From assembly GCF_009914755.1 (NCBI RefSeq), contig NC_060931.1: DNA of 64,000 nt; one strand, given 5' to 3'. A model generated the notes under the pieces. The model saw nothing but the letters and a program-made list of their open reading frames with translations. It did no database searches and was not told where the DNA came from. This DNA comes from the human T2T-CHM13v2.0 reference genome, Homo sapiens. The translations under genes were made by a program, and so were the position numbers. Each line of letters begins with the position of its first letter. Positions within the stretch are counted from its first letter, which is position 1. Shown here piece by piece: positions 13,716-29,701 of this stretch.

Positions 13716-15736
13716 CAACCCAAGGCTATGATTGTTTTTGTGAAAAAGGAATAACCATACAAGAAAGTAGTAGAATAGAGTAGAATGTTAGATAATTCTT
13801 ACCTAGCTCAACAATCTGAGATATTCCATGGCCTTGAAAAATAGAAACAAAAAATCACTTGTTTACTATGTGCCAGGCACTGTTTTAATCATTTTACATG
13901 TATTAATTTATAATTTATGGCTACCCTATAATATAGATATGTAGTTTTTTTATTAAATTTTATAGACTGGAGAGCTGATGCACTGAGTGAAGCATAGTAA
14001 ATGAGAGTCAAGGGTGAGATCCCAGCAGTTTGGCTCCAGAGCCTACATTCTTTATATTCTGTACATCTTCTATATTTCTATAATCATGGTATGGAAGGGA
14101 TGATGGATTAAAAGTTGGTAAGTAAATCTGTATTTATTTCTGATCTTAGCATTAAATTATTGTGTGATATGGGGCAAATCACGTCACCCCCTCTGACCAC
14201 AATTTCTGTATTCTCAACCTGAAAAGATCTTGAGCCATTTCTTCTGATTCTCAGGGATTAAAATCTGTGGAACATGCTTACTGCTCTCTTCATTAAGCTA
14301 TAGTCTGGGATTTGGAAGTTTCCCTAGCTGAAGACACTTTACCACTAACACATCATTCTGGAAAAATATTTTGATGTCAGAAAAGACTGTCATTTTGGGC
14401 CAACTTAGAAAGGAACGCGGTATTGGGAACGCTCAAGACTTTGTGAAAAGCAGTTAGCAGTTCAGTTTTCTTCTGGTGGAGAATGCATACACAATGAAAA
14501 AGCAAGGCCAGCATAATTGTGTCTTATTTGATTCTGTCATTCAAAATCAGAGAGTTTGATTTAGGACATGCTGTTCTTGGGAGTTTGTACAATTGCCCCT
14601 ATTCTGAGCACAAACCCTGCATGATACCTCTTAAAAAAAAACTAATATTTGTGCTACATTTGAGCTTTCTCAGGCTTCTGCTTAAATATTAGGAGTAATT
14701 TAAACATCTGATTTAAAATATATATTGTTATGTTCAGAGATAAATAGCTAAGTGTTGTTTGTACATGTATATATTAAAAATAGATATTATGTGTAAATAA
14801 TTTGGAAAACATTAATAAATGACAACAAAGATTATTTTTTAAATAGAAGATTGATAGCTCTCATCAGGAAAGATTAATGTAGTTAAGCCATTTGGTCATA
14901 AAACCTTAGAGTGGAAAATACCTTAAAGTGCTATCCCACCCAGCTTCTTTTTACCAGTGAGTGCCCTCACAAAAGCCTTGTGGATGATCATTTTATCCTT
15001 GCTTGAATAATTCCAGAGATTGAGAATTCACTGGATTTTTCGACAGCCCATTTTATTTTTGGACAGCTTTAACTGTTGGTAAGTCTTTCGTCTTATATCA
15101 AAATATCCCTTCTCATGATGTGTCTCCACTACTCTTTGCCTGGCCTCTGGAGCAATGCCCAAGAAATCTAATCTTCCTCCACCTGACAGCACTTTGGACA
15201 GAGGGAAGTCCCATTTTATGTGACAAAAGCATTCCTAAGACCCTCACATATTCAAAACTCATGGAAAATGAGACTAATTCCGATAAAAATGGTAGTCAGT
15301 CTTGTTTACTGGCTAATGTGGTGCTTCCGTGTATCAATAAGGTGAGTACAATTCACTGGCCTACTAGATTTTAACCTATATAATTCTTGATTAATTTTTA
15401 ACTGTGGAGAGTTGCCTTTAGAGAATCAGGAGAATCATTTCAAACTCACTTAAAGAGGAAAGCCCTGTATATGAAGATAACTGTTAAATCATCACAGCTT
15501 CTCTTCCCGAAAAACAAACCACTTAGTGTATAAGAACAGTAACAGGCATCATATTAGTCTACCAAAAAGTCCATGGCACCTCCATTTCTAGAGGTCTGTA
15601 AGAACAAGAAAAATAGCTCTTTGGAGAGATTCTTTGATTTGCATATCCAGAAGCTAAGAAGTAGACCAGGTGACCCACTGAGATTACCTAGCATTGATGG
15701 CATTCTGACTCCTGCTCTCTGAGCTGAGGTTTCTTA

Positions 15737-16218
<482 letters not shown>

Positions 16219-16314
16219 TCAGCTTTGCATTGGAGCCAATCATTACTTCTGTTGAAAATACATATTTTAATCTACATATTGTTATAAAATATATCCTCAA
16301 AAAACTCATGATGT

Positions 16315-16470
16315 AAAACCATCAGATCTCTCACTCATTATCATGAGAACAGCATGGAGGAAACCACCCCCATGATCCAGTTACTTCCACCTGGTCCTGC
16401 CCTGTACACATGAGGATTATTACAATTCAAGGTGAGATTTGGGTGGGGACACAGAGCAAAGCCCTATCAG
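16315..16470. mobile_element. THE1/MST MaLR LTR fragment
   Basis: AAAACCATCAGATCTC...GAGAACAGCATGG...CCCCCATGATCCA...GAGATTTGGGTGGGGACACAG. Confidence 0.85.
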
Positions 16471-16843
16471 TCAACAATTGTTAAACCTGGGTGATGGATA
16501 CTTTTGTGTTGGCTATATTATACTATGTTTATATATATTTGAAATATCTTACAATAAAAGTTATTTAAAAGAAAAAATAAATGTTTTTTAACATAGGAAA
16601 TATTTCAAATATATTATTAAGACTCCACTCAAGAAGCAAGTTATAAAACATTATATGCGCATATAATACCATTTTTAAATTTTTAATGTTTGTGTTTGCA
16701 CATAACTAAAGTTTATAACCATAGGTTTCAATGTTAAACATAGATAATCATAGTTATTGATGAATGGTCCAAAGGTTGTTTTAACTTTTTTCTTATCAGC
16801 ATTTCTGATTTTTTTATACAGCAAACATGTAGTAGAAATAATC

Positions 16844-17153
16844 TTTTTTTTTTTTTTTTTTTTTTTTGAGAGGAGTTTTGCTCTTGTTGCCCAGGCTGGA
16901 CTGCAATGGCACCATCTCAGCTCACTGCAACCTCCGCACCCCACCCTGGGTTCAAGTGATTCTCCTGCCTCAGCCTCCCAGGTAGCTGGGACTACAGGCA
17001 TGCACCACCATGCCTGGCTAATTTTGTATTTTTAGTAGAAGCGGGGTTTCTCCATGTTGGTCAGGCTGGTCTCGAACTCCCGACCTCAGGTGATCCACCC
17101 GCCTCAGCCTCCCAAAGTGCTGAGATTACAGGTGTGAGCCACCGCGCCCAGCC
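16844..17153 (-). mobile_element. AluSp-like
   Basis: TTTCTCCATGTTGGTCAGG and CTCCCGACCTCAGG diagnostics; AAATAATC on both sides. Confidence 0.93.
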
Positions 17154-17799
17154 CAAAATAATCATTTTTTAATTGACAGGTTTTTGCGTCAATATTTATT
17201 TTATATCAGTAGTAATGTCTATTGATTTTTAACCCAAAATGAAATTTACATTCCAAAATTTCCTTAGAAACTTTCAGAAAACCCCCATCTTATCCTTCAA
17301 ATGGTTACAAAATGAATGGTTGTCTACTAAGGAGACAACTTTAAGTTTGTGAACTCCTTGCTGCTTCTGCCACATTCACTTATGGTACTCTAGTTTGGCA
17401 GAGCCTGAATTAAGTAGTGCCATATAAATCAAGATTTCTAAGAGGGATCTTCAGTAGAATAGAAGTTTTCAAACTCAAGAGACCTTTGCCACTGACCTTT
17501 TCAGTGATCATGGGGACACTCTCTGCATGGGATGAGCCACCATTTTCTCACCTGGAATAAAACCACAAGATTGGCTCCTTATCTACTTCAGGTTGATGTT
17601 TAGAAGATGTGTCAAATGTGTGTGTGTCATGAAGTTCAAAATTCTTCAAAAATCAATGGTAAATATTTAAGAAATCTTATATATAATCATCTAAAATAAA
17701 AATAAAGTTTTGAGTGTGGTTTGGGATGATGAAAATGTATGAGAAGGAACATTATAAAATGTATGACACTTTTCAAAATGGACTTGGGTTATCTTATTT

Positions 17800-18770
17800 C
17801 TTCATTAATTCATTCTTGTATGCATTCATTTATCCACATATCCATTGTTTCACCAATGTATTCCTCATCTATTTAGCAAATATTTATTGAGATATTACTA
17901 TGTACCAGGCTTCAGCATGGTGATCAAGAGGGGGCATTAAGGCCAGGGAAATTGGCAGAGCCCGAATTAAGTAGTGCCTTTTAAATCATGTTAGAGACTT
18001 TATTCTTATCCTAAGAGCAATGGGCAGTCATTTAAGAGTTTTAAGCAAGGACATTTTATTATCAGAATTAAATTGCTGTATAGAGGATGGATTGGAATCA
18101 GATAAGAGTGGATGCAGGAAAAACCAGAGGCATTATAGCAGTCCAGGTGAGAAATGATGATTGTTTGGACTAAAATAGTGACTATTGAGATGGAGAGAAG
18201 TGGATAGACTTGAATGCTATTTAGAACTCAGAAATTTATTAAGCAAGTTGGAAAAGTAAGAAGGAATATATAGAGATGGATCCTAGAGTCTTTGGCAGAG
18301 CAACTTGGAAGCTGTATGCTTTTTACTAGGATGAGGAGAGATAAGAGGAGTTTGAAGAGAAAACTGTGAGCTGTGTTTTAGACACGATGTGCTTGAGATG
18401 CTTGTGAGGCAAGATAAGAGGAGTTTGAAGAGAAAACTGTGAGCTGTGTTTTAGACACGATGTGCTTGAGATGCTTGTGAGGCATCCAAAAAAGAATCAG
18501 GTACAAAGTTTGCCACATAGGCCTGCAGCTCAGAAAAAGACTGGACTAGAGGTAAAACTTGGGACATCATGGACATACAGATCCTATGTGAAGACACAAA
18601 ATTAGATAAGCTCGCCTAATGTGTGAGAGCGAAGAATAAGAACCTATGTGATGTGAATCCAGGACAGAGTCCTGAGTATCTCTAATATTTCAAATTCAGG
18701 GAGTGGAGGAAGAGTTCCAAAGAGAAAACCCACCAGGAATCATCAGAGATTTAGACGAAAGCTAGGAAAG
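17800..18770 (-). mobile_element. L2 LINE fragment
   Basis: CATTCATT...AAATATTTATTGAG...TACTATGTACCAGGC 3' end; GAGCAATGGG...TTTTAAGCA and GTCCAGGTGAGAAATGATG motifs. Confidence 0.7.
18339..18484. repeat. Perfect 73-bp tandem duplication
   Basis: 18339-18411 is identical to 18412-18484. Confidence 0.97.
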
Positions 18771-18838
18771 GGTTGGGCTTAGTGGCTCATGCCTATAATC
18801 CTAGTGTCCCAAGAGAGGAGGATTGAAAATGGTCTGTG

Positions 18839-19152
18839 AGCTGGGTGCTGTGGCTCACATCTGTAATACCAGCAGTTTGGGAGGCCGACGCAGGTGGATC
18901 ACTTGAGGTCAGGAGTTCAAGACCAGCCTGGCCAACGTGGTGAAACCCTGTCTCTACTAAAAATACAAAAATTAGCCAGGCATGGTGACCCATGCCTGTA
19001 GTCCCAGCTACTAGGGAGGTTGAGGCACGAGAATCGATTGAACCTGGGAGGCAGAGGTTTCAGTGAGCCAAGATGGCACCACTGCACAGCACTCCAGCCT
19101 GGGTAAAAGAGCAAGACCCTGTTCCCCACCCCGCCAACCACTCCCAAAAAAA
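18839..19152 (+). mobile_element. AluS (with a short Alu 5' fragment at ~18776-18803)
   Basis: Dimer with a degraded, C-rich tail. Confidence 0.9.
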
Positions 19153-19418
19153 GGAGAAAAAGAAAAGTATAAGATGAGACCTGGAGAAAGCTTTTAAGGT
19201 CTGGGTGGGCTTTTATAATTTGGATGAGATGCGAGCATGTGCTGAGGGGAGGCGTCCTTTAGAGAGAGAAAGATTGAAAATGCCTTGCAGGGGAGAGGAC
19301 GAATGAGACCAGGAAAGTAACCGGTGGTGTGAGGTCCGTGAGAAAAGCGAAGGATGGTGCACAGAGCACATCTGGACTCACTGATCTTTGAAAGGAGGAG
19401 GAAGAAAGGAGGGTTTAG

Positions 19419-19831
<413 letters not shown>

Positions 19832-22800
19832 TGACAGGCTTTTCTATATAGGCAGAGGACATATTGGCTCCTCCAACACATACAAAATCACACATACCCA
19901 AGGTCATAAAAAAGAAGACAGAGGAGGAATAACTAGTTTATTTCATGAGGAACCAAAATGACAATAGCAATAGGAATAACTATGGCTGCTTTGGGACTAA
20001 ATTCCATTCCTTAAAGTTCATGCTAGAAACTCAATTAAAATGAAGGGTTTGCCTAAAATTAGTTGCAAACAAGCCTTTAAAAGTTAGACAAAGAAATGAA
20101 GTTGATTGTTTAGTTCCTGTCCTGAGATATGGCTAGAAGAGGATGAGCTGTATAGCTAATGTGGAAAGTAAAACTTTTCAATTGTGTTTCCTTTGCATTC
20201 TTTGAAATGATGTATAAATCAGAACCAACTGAATTAAACAGGTGATGCTTAGCATTTGAATACAATGATTAATGGTACCTACACAGCAATTTATGAGAAA
20301 TTGCTATTGAGCTCAGATATTATCATGACCACTTTTACCAAGCACTATAGTTTAATACATTTGTTAAGATATACCTTTTTTAAAAAATAAAAAACAAATT
20401 TACGTTACTTATTTTTCTCTACATTATCAACATTAGTAGACAGACTCTTCTGGCCAAATCTGGTAAGAGACATTATCTCAGTTGCGCCTGTATGATAGAA
20501 TGTCTTATAATGTCACAGTGTTTTTATAGCATCACAATGGAAGGGAAAAAGGATTAGAAGTGTTTAAAATTAAGAAATTCACACACTATTTATACAGATT
20601 CATGACTATTATCTTTGGTTTGCCCAATTCAAAATCCGAAGACTGTATATATGTGTATGTGTCTTGAATTACTAAAAAAAAAGAAAAAAGAAACCTCAAT
20701 GGAAGTATAGAATTTAAAATAACTAAATATAGCTTTGGCATTGCTGTGTTTCTATACTGATTTTTAAAAATCTGGTACTAGTTTTTCTTTTTGCTTTATG
20801 CCCTTTAAAGGACTCAGATTCATAATATACAAAGAAGTTTATTTGATATATAGAGCAGAGCCATAAACCATATTTTATGCATAACAGTGATTAAATGCAC
20901 AGTTGATATATTTCACTAAGATGGAAACCATGTCGAAAGGCTTACATTTTGATAACTTTCCTTTTGGGGGGCATTTCTAAATTATTTAAGTTGAAGAATA
21001 AAATGACTTGTTTGTGAATTTACATGCTCTTTTTAATCATCTTTAGGTAATGCTGATATGGCAAAGACGCTAAATTACAGGCAGCAGTGGGAAGCTACTG
21101 AGTAAAAAGCACAGAATCGTTTCATATATGAGCCCATGAGGAATATTCTGTTCAAGGAATGGAGACATAAGAAAATTACCTAACTAACTCATGAACCACA
21201 CATTAAGAACGTAGTCAGCTGTTGTAAATGTGTATCCGACAACAAACCATTATGTATCTTTGGTTTAATTATATGTGTTTATTACACACCTGTACTGGAG
21301 AGTAAAGGCTGCTATTTGCATTACTTGTGGTTTTCTCTATCAAAACAGCATTAGCATTATGAAGCTTATCAAGGTTATGTATAATTTATCTGGCTTGAGT
21401 AAGTCCCTTTATTTTGTGCACAATCAAAACATGATTAGGGAGAAAAATTAGGAAATGTTTTAAACATTTTAGCAAATAATTTCTAAATTTAGAAATGTAG
21501 TGAATTTTACATTTCTAGACAAATATCATCAAATTACTAAGCCTTTGTAAATCAGCCTATGTTTAGAAAGAGAGTAAAAATGTTAGATGAATTCAACACT
21601 TAATTTTTTCCCCAGAGTTTCATCTTAAAGAGTATTAATTGTAACGATGCTGATGGTGTTATTAACAGAGTACTTATGAATATGGAAAAATGTCAGACTT
21701 CCAAATAATCTGAGATATGCTATTTTTACAAGTCACACTAAATAAACAATCTAGACAAAATTGTTTTGTATGTTTGAGAGCATTTACTGACTACATGGAA
21801 GTATTAAAACATTATGGGGGACAGTACATTTTAAAAGCAAAAATATCTGTGTATCAAACACAACCTCAGAAGATCGTTAAGTGGTTCAATAGAAGAATTT
21901 TATGAAGCAATTCATTTATATACATCATCAAAACTTGTTACTTTTACAGATTAGAGTTCCCTAATTATTTTGATATATACTTATTTTTAAAGCATCCAAC
22001 AGTCATTAGTTACCATCCTTTAATTACATGCTTGTCTATGCTCAACAAGTTCTCTCTTTACTCCTGTCTTCCTTCCTTTAAAAGGGGAAAAGTGAGGTTA
22101 CAATAAGGAAGACAACACATGTCCTGATGAACATAATCCTATTATTATAATGAAAGTAATACCATTTCAGAGGAATAAACAACAAATGGTAACCAATGCC
22201 CAGAGAAAATTCAAATTCTATTTGGGATTACCATAGGATCTAATACCAATCCCACAGATGAAGTTTGATAGTTTATCATGAAGACAAAAGCTTAGGAAAA
22301 TAAGGGGTTTGAATCCATGAAAAATATAATAATAATAGCAAAAGGAAAGGGACTAAATAATATTATTAATTTATAGTAGACACCAGCGAGGAGCAGCTGG
22401 TGGCATGGAAAAAGGTAGTAATTTCAGTAGATGTCTCACAGTATGAAACATGAATTATATTTTCTACAACCACAGAAAAACTACAGGTACAAAACTAGAA
22501 ATACAAACAAGTTTTTAGAACTGTTAAGTATCTAGTAATTTTTTTCTTAGAACAAAGCATAGGACCAAATATAAAGATAAAACAAAATTTTTTCAGCTCT
22601 TGCTTAAAATATCATATTTTAAAGCTTCCGTAACGCATTCATTCACAAAATCAAAGACATTAAAATAAATTGGTCACCTTTTTATATCACATTATAAGTT
22701 CCCAAACTAATTTTGCCTCATTTTATTACTATTTAGAGATTATTATTCTATAATAACATATTTTTAAATAACATTTTTCATCTCATTTTATTTAAAAAGA

Positions 22801-23524
22801 ATTATTTTTGATCAACAATTGCAGCAAATTTTTTTCTAAAGAATTGCCTTTACAGTGAAACCATCTGAGATGACTAAAACAATGAGGTAATTTTTTAGAA
22901 TGTAGATTATCTCCACAATGTCTATTACATATTTTTGCAAGTCAGCAAATTATTTCATTTTCCTCTCCCTAGTATGGAAATTTAATCTAGGTATTTATTT
23001 CATTTTCGGTAACCTATTTGAAGAAAGACTAACTACCCTTCAGTATACAGTATTACATTATGCATTCAAAACTGATACTATAAATTATACAATCTAACAA
23101 AAAATTATTAATGGTTTATGGGGTTGGGGGAGGACAACCAGGAAACCTCAACTGCCAGCAATAGAATGTAATAGTTCTCCATTTCCCCTTAGTGAAAGGA
23201 AAGGAACCCAGAGTGTTTGCGTTTGAACATTGCATCTACCCTTTCACAAAGCAGTTTAAGACAAGGCGCAGAAAGGCCCCCAAATAGACTTCAAGTCTAC
23301 ACCACAGACCACCCTTAAACATCAGTCAACATATACTCTTAAGCTACAGCTGGGTACTTTTATTCATTTTAATATGCAATTCATGACAGTAGAACATAGA
23401 GAAACTTGTTATTCTACTGTATTATACTAGTGGTCGAATCTGCCAGCTATTTTCCTTTGCTGTTACTAGCACTTCCCTCCCATTGGAGTATTTTTTCTTT
23501 CTTTTTTTTTCTTTTTTAAATTAT

Positions 23525-23626
23525 TTTCCTTTCCTTTCCTTTCCTTTCCTTTCCCTTTCCCTTTCCCTTTCCCTTTCCCTTTCCCTTTCCCTTTCCCTTT
23601 CCCTTTCCCTTTCCCTTTCCCTTTCC
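23525..23626. repeat. (TTTCC)5(TTTCCC)~12 pure-pyrimidine microsatellite in the 7SL tail
   Basis: Read directly from the sequence; lies between the 7SL 3' end and the residual T-tract. Confidence 0.95.
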
Positions 23627-23630
23627 TAAA

Positions 23631-23923
23631 GGGATAGGGACTCACTGTGTTGCCCAGGCTGGAGTGCAGTGGCTATTCACAGGTGTCACCCCTCTACTTA
23701 TCAGCATAGCAGCTTTGACCTGCTTCATTTCCAAACTGGACCAGTTCACCCCTCTTCAGGCAACCTGGTGGTCCCCTGTTCTAGGGAGGTCACCATAATG
23801 GTGAACTTAGTGCCGACCCCTGACCAGCATAGTGCACTACAGCCTCTAATTCCTAGGCCCAAGTGATCCTCCCACCTCAGTCTCCCTAGTAGCCAGGAGT
23901 GCAGGTGTGACTGCACTCCCAGT
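23631..23923 (-). pseudogene. 7SL (SRP RNA) retropseudogene, full length including the S domain
   Basis: The reverse complement contains 7SL S-domain sequence absent from Alu (GCACTAAGTTC...ATGGTGACCTCCC...GGGGACCACCAGGTTGCCT...GGGGTGAAC...GCAGGTCAAA...CCTGTGAATAGCCACTGCACTCCAGCCTGGGCAAC). Candidate TSD TGGAGTATTTT at 23484-23494 and 23927-23937. Confidence 0.93.
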
Positions 23924-25149
23924 AAATGGAGTATTTTATAATTGTTAAAATCACTGGATATAGATTCTAAGCCTTTTTTGACCATTTTTAAATCAATTAG
24001 AGAAGGGATCTTGTAAGCTGCAGTGAATCCTTCTGAAAGTCTGCGTTGCAGAGAATGAATGCCTCCAGAAGATGCAGTACACTGGGGAGGACACTGGCTC
24101 AGGCGACTCTCAGCCATCCCAGGTCAACAGGGAAGTCCCAGGTGGACACCAGGAACTTGTTGGGTCACCCATTCATACATGCAATTTTTCTTCCCACTTT
24201 TCTACAGCAGGAGTCTAGATTCAAACTGCTGATTAGGTGTTTTGTAGAAATAGTACAACAAAGAGAATTAAGTCTATTGCAACAGCCATAGGGTTTAGGC
24301 TGGGTGTCAGGATTTCAGATGGAGGCTGGAGAAGCAAAGCTATTAAGTAGCAGATCCACTCAGAGAACATAGACCCTCCCTCCCTTTACTTGCATCATAT
24401 CCCTTCATAATGACAATTATCATAATACAGCAGTTCATCTAAAAAATGTAAATCTGTGGGCAAATGTAATTCAATGCACAGAATTTTATTTTACAGAAAA
24501 ATTTAATTTTATAGAAAAAATAATTATATATGGAAAATTAAGTACAGATTAATAACAAATTTTACTGTAATTTATTGGATTTGTGCTCACCATTATACTA
24601 TATCCCAAAGTCTCAGAAAACCAAACTTTCTCTTAAAGCATCCTACCTAAAGTGAAACTGAACCTTATCATATCCCACTCTGTAAATAAGCTCCATTCCA
24701 ATTACATTAAAATTACAGAATAACATATTTGTTTTGCTTTGTTGTTTTGTACACAGCAGTATTTCCTATGCTAAAAATGAAAAGCTCATCCACTACAGGA
24801 TACTCTTATCTGTGTTTTTCTTCCTTAAATCAATACATTAATACATCCTTAATACATGAAGACAACATTCTTAGAACTCATGAATCTGTTATCTGTCCCT
24901 TCTATTGCCTAGATTTAATTTGATGTTGGTCTAGGGTCTTTCCACAGTGTGCTAAAAGAAACAATTTGTCTTGTTTTGTTTGTTTCATTCTGGATATTAT
25001 TCAATATTTCTGGTGTGGATTGGGGAATTGTAGCTAGGATCCATGCAATATAAATGAAAATAAAACTGCTTTGCAATTTTGTTTTTCTATGATGATGCTA
25101 GTTATGAATGATATAAATTATTATATATGGGATCATAAGATATGCAGTT

Positions 25150-25645
25150 TAGCAGGTTGAATTGTGTTTCTAAAAAAGATTCAAGTCCTAATTCACAGTA
25201 CCTGTGAATGTGGCTTTATTTATAAATAAGGTCTTTACAGATGTAAACAAGTGAAGATGAGGTCATAGTGGATTAGGGCAGGCCCTAAGCCTGATGACTG
25301 GTGTCTTTATGAGAAAAATGGAAGGAGATTAGACGCAGAGACATAGAGGACACCACACACAGGAAAGATGGCCATGTGACAATGGAGGCAACGAAGGGAG
25401 TGATGCAGCTATAAACCAGGGAACTATAAACCAAGAGGCTATAAACCAAGGATTGCTACCAACCACCAGAAACTCAGAGAAAGACATGGGACCAGTTCTC
25501 GCCTCACAGTGTCCAAAAGGAATCCATCCTGAAGACATCTTGCTTTTGGACTTCTGGCCTCCTGAACCATGAAAGAATGAATTTTCTGTTGAAACCCACC
25601 CAGTTTGTGGTCATTTATTATGACAGCCCTAGGAAACTAATACAT
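25150..25645 (+). mobile_element. MLT1B/C-like MaLR LTR
   Basis: GGTTGAATTGTG...AGTACCTGTGAATGTG...GATGAGGTCATA...GGACTTCTGGCCTCC...GCCCTAGGAAACTAATACA. Confidence 0.85.
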
Positions 25646-26771
25646 GCAGTATATGTAGATTTGTAAAATAACCACACCTCAAATTGCTTTCTGCATAAGG
25701 GCCAATGTTAGCCAGGACTTCCCAAGCCTCTAGAGACATAGGTGAGAAACTTCCACTCTGGAGAATTCTTTTTGATTACCAAAAGTCTAAGTATGTTGAC
25801 TTACCTTTCCTCATGATATGCTTTTTATTTATCCTCATTGTCATCTAAAGTTACAGCTTGAAAGAAAATAATTATGTTGAAAATGGGAAGCAGGAATTGC
25901 TCGTTGTGGAACTTGGGTTTTGCAGAAAAACACTCATCTCATGATGGAGGCTGTGACTTTTCCGTCTCCAGTTGCCTCCAGAATAATTTCCATCGTAAAT
26001 GAGAATTTTTCTATTAAAAATGAGCATGTCAATCATTCAATAACATAAGTGTATTAGAAATCTTAAAGGTACACACATGGAGGAAGAAAAAAAAAAAACA
26101 CCTGACAGTATGTATACCAAAATGTTAATCGAATTAAGAGTTCCCAATTTTCTTCTTTTTGGTCGTACAAATTCCCTAACTTTGTTACAGTGTAACTTTG
26201 TTACGCTGAATATAAATTGCTTATGTAATATTTTTAAAAAAGAAAAACTAGTAGGGAGTTGCCTAGTACATGGCATGAAATTTGCATTTTTCCTAGGCCA
26301 GATGTTTCCCTTACCTTACCATGGTACCAGTAAAAATAAGGCAACAGACCTCCACGGGCTCCTTGCCTTGGAATTTTTTCCCTAGGCACGTGCCTACACA
26401 CAAACACACATACAAATCCAACAAATAGAGGAATGTTAGCTTTATCAGCAATGAGATGTAAAGGAGACATAAATCATGGATGTATCTGACATTTAACCAA
26501 TTTAGATTCCTTTCACACAACTTTCAATTTCAAGTGTGTCCTTTGATTTTCCATTTAGAGAAAACAACCCTGTCTGCTGAAGAGAGGATGTCTAACCAGG
26601 ACTGCCTCGCCATACACCTCCTGAAAGCCCATTTGGTCACAATGGAGTGTGATGTGAATATGCAGTGAACAACCCAAGGAGCCACATGTGGCAGGGCTGA
26701 ACTTTACCCTACTTTCTAGAAACACTCACGGTTGTAAGGAGTCTGCAGCATTAAAAAAAAATTTAAAAATA

Positions 26772-27109
26772 GGCCGGGCGCTGTGGCTCACGCCTGTAAT
26801 CCCAGCACTTTGGGAGGCCGAGGCAGGCAGATCATGAGGTCAGGAGATCGAGATCATCCTCACTAACACAGTGAAACCCCGTCTCTACTAAAACTACAAA
26901 AATATTAGCCGGGCATGGTGGCGGGCCACCAGCTACCATAGTCCCAGCTACTCGGGAGGCTGAGGCAGGAGAATGGCGTGAACCTGGGAGGCGGGGCTTG
27001 CAGTGAGCCAAGATCGCGCCACTGAACTCCAGCCTGGGGGACAGAGTGAGACTCCATCTCAAAAGAACAAAAAAAAAAAAGAAAAAAAGAAAAAAAAAAA
27101 AGAAAAAAA
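26772..27109 (+). mobile_element. AluY
   Basis: GAGATCGAGA, CTAACACAGTG and GAATGGCGTGAACC diagnostics; long A-rich tail. Confidence 0.93.
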
Positions 27110-27199
27110 TGTCTTGTATTATGGCATTACCAGTTAGTTTTAAAAGCCAATAGTATTTCTAGGTTTCCCATTAATGTTGGGGCAAATGATATAGTTGAA

Positions 27200-27724
27200 A
27201 GGACCTACAAAGTCCTGTATGCCCAGACCTCCTTTGCCAGCCACATCCCCACCATGCTCGCTCCACGCACCAGGCTTCGCTCAGGCCCCCGAATGTGCTA
27301 TGATCCTTCCTGCCATAAGGCATTTGCATATACTGTCTCCTCTTCCTGGACTCTCTTCCTTTCCATCTCCTTAACTAAATAATTCCAACTTACACTTTAG
27401 ATTCCAGCTGAGTCTTTGTTTCCTTGAAGTAACCATCCTTTACCCTTCAGGCTATATCAACCACTCACTTCTTATGCTCTCACAATATTCCTCTCCTCCC
27501 TAGCACCAAGTCAGGAGGGAATTTTACATTTGTTAGTATAATTGGGTTTTTTTTTGTTAATGCCTATTGCCATATCCAGAATATAAGTTTTATGAGAGCA
27601 GAGATAAAGCTGATTTATTTGGATTGCTTTTCCCCACCACTGAATCCCCTTTACTTGGAGAGTGCCTGGCACATAGTAGGCTCTAAATAAATATTTATTG
27701 GATAAACATATGGATGAATGAATT
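27200..27724 (+). mobile_element. L2 3' fragment
   Basis: Ends GTGCCTGGCACATAGTAGG...ATAAATATTTATTG...ATGAATGAAT. Confidence 0.7.
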
Positions 27725-28071
27725 AGAAATACAAACTTTAAAAATTCTTCAAATTTCTCGGTTCTGGAGAAACTTCTTCAAGTCCAATAGACATGCAACT
27801 ATGCACTCACTTAGACCAAGCTGGAAGAACTTGGAAAGCAATAGAGTTCAGTGACCACCCCCAAACCAATGCTTAACCATAGTAACACTAGCTTTTTTTT
27901 AGGTGTACTACTGGCTGTTATTGCTCATACTCTTAAGGAATTTTTCCACCATTTTTTTCTTTATATGTGCATGGTAACTTACATTTGTATTATTCAATAG
28001 AGTTACAAGTGGGGAGTATATTCATGGTTAGAAGGAGAGTGACCGATCCCTAAGTTTATATGCAATTTTTT

Positions 28072-29701
<1,630 letters not shown>

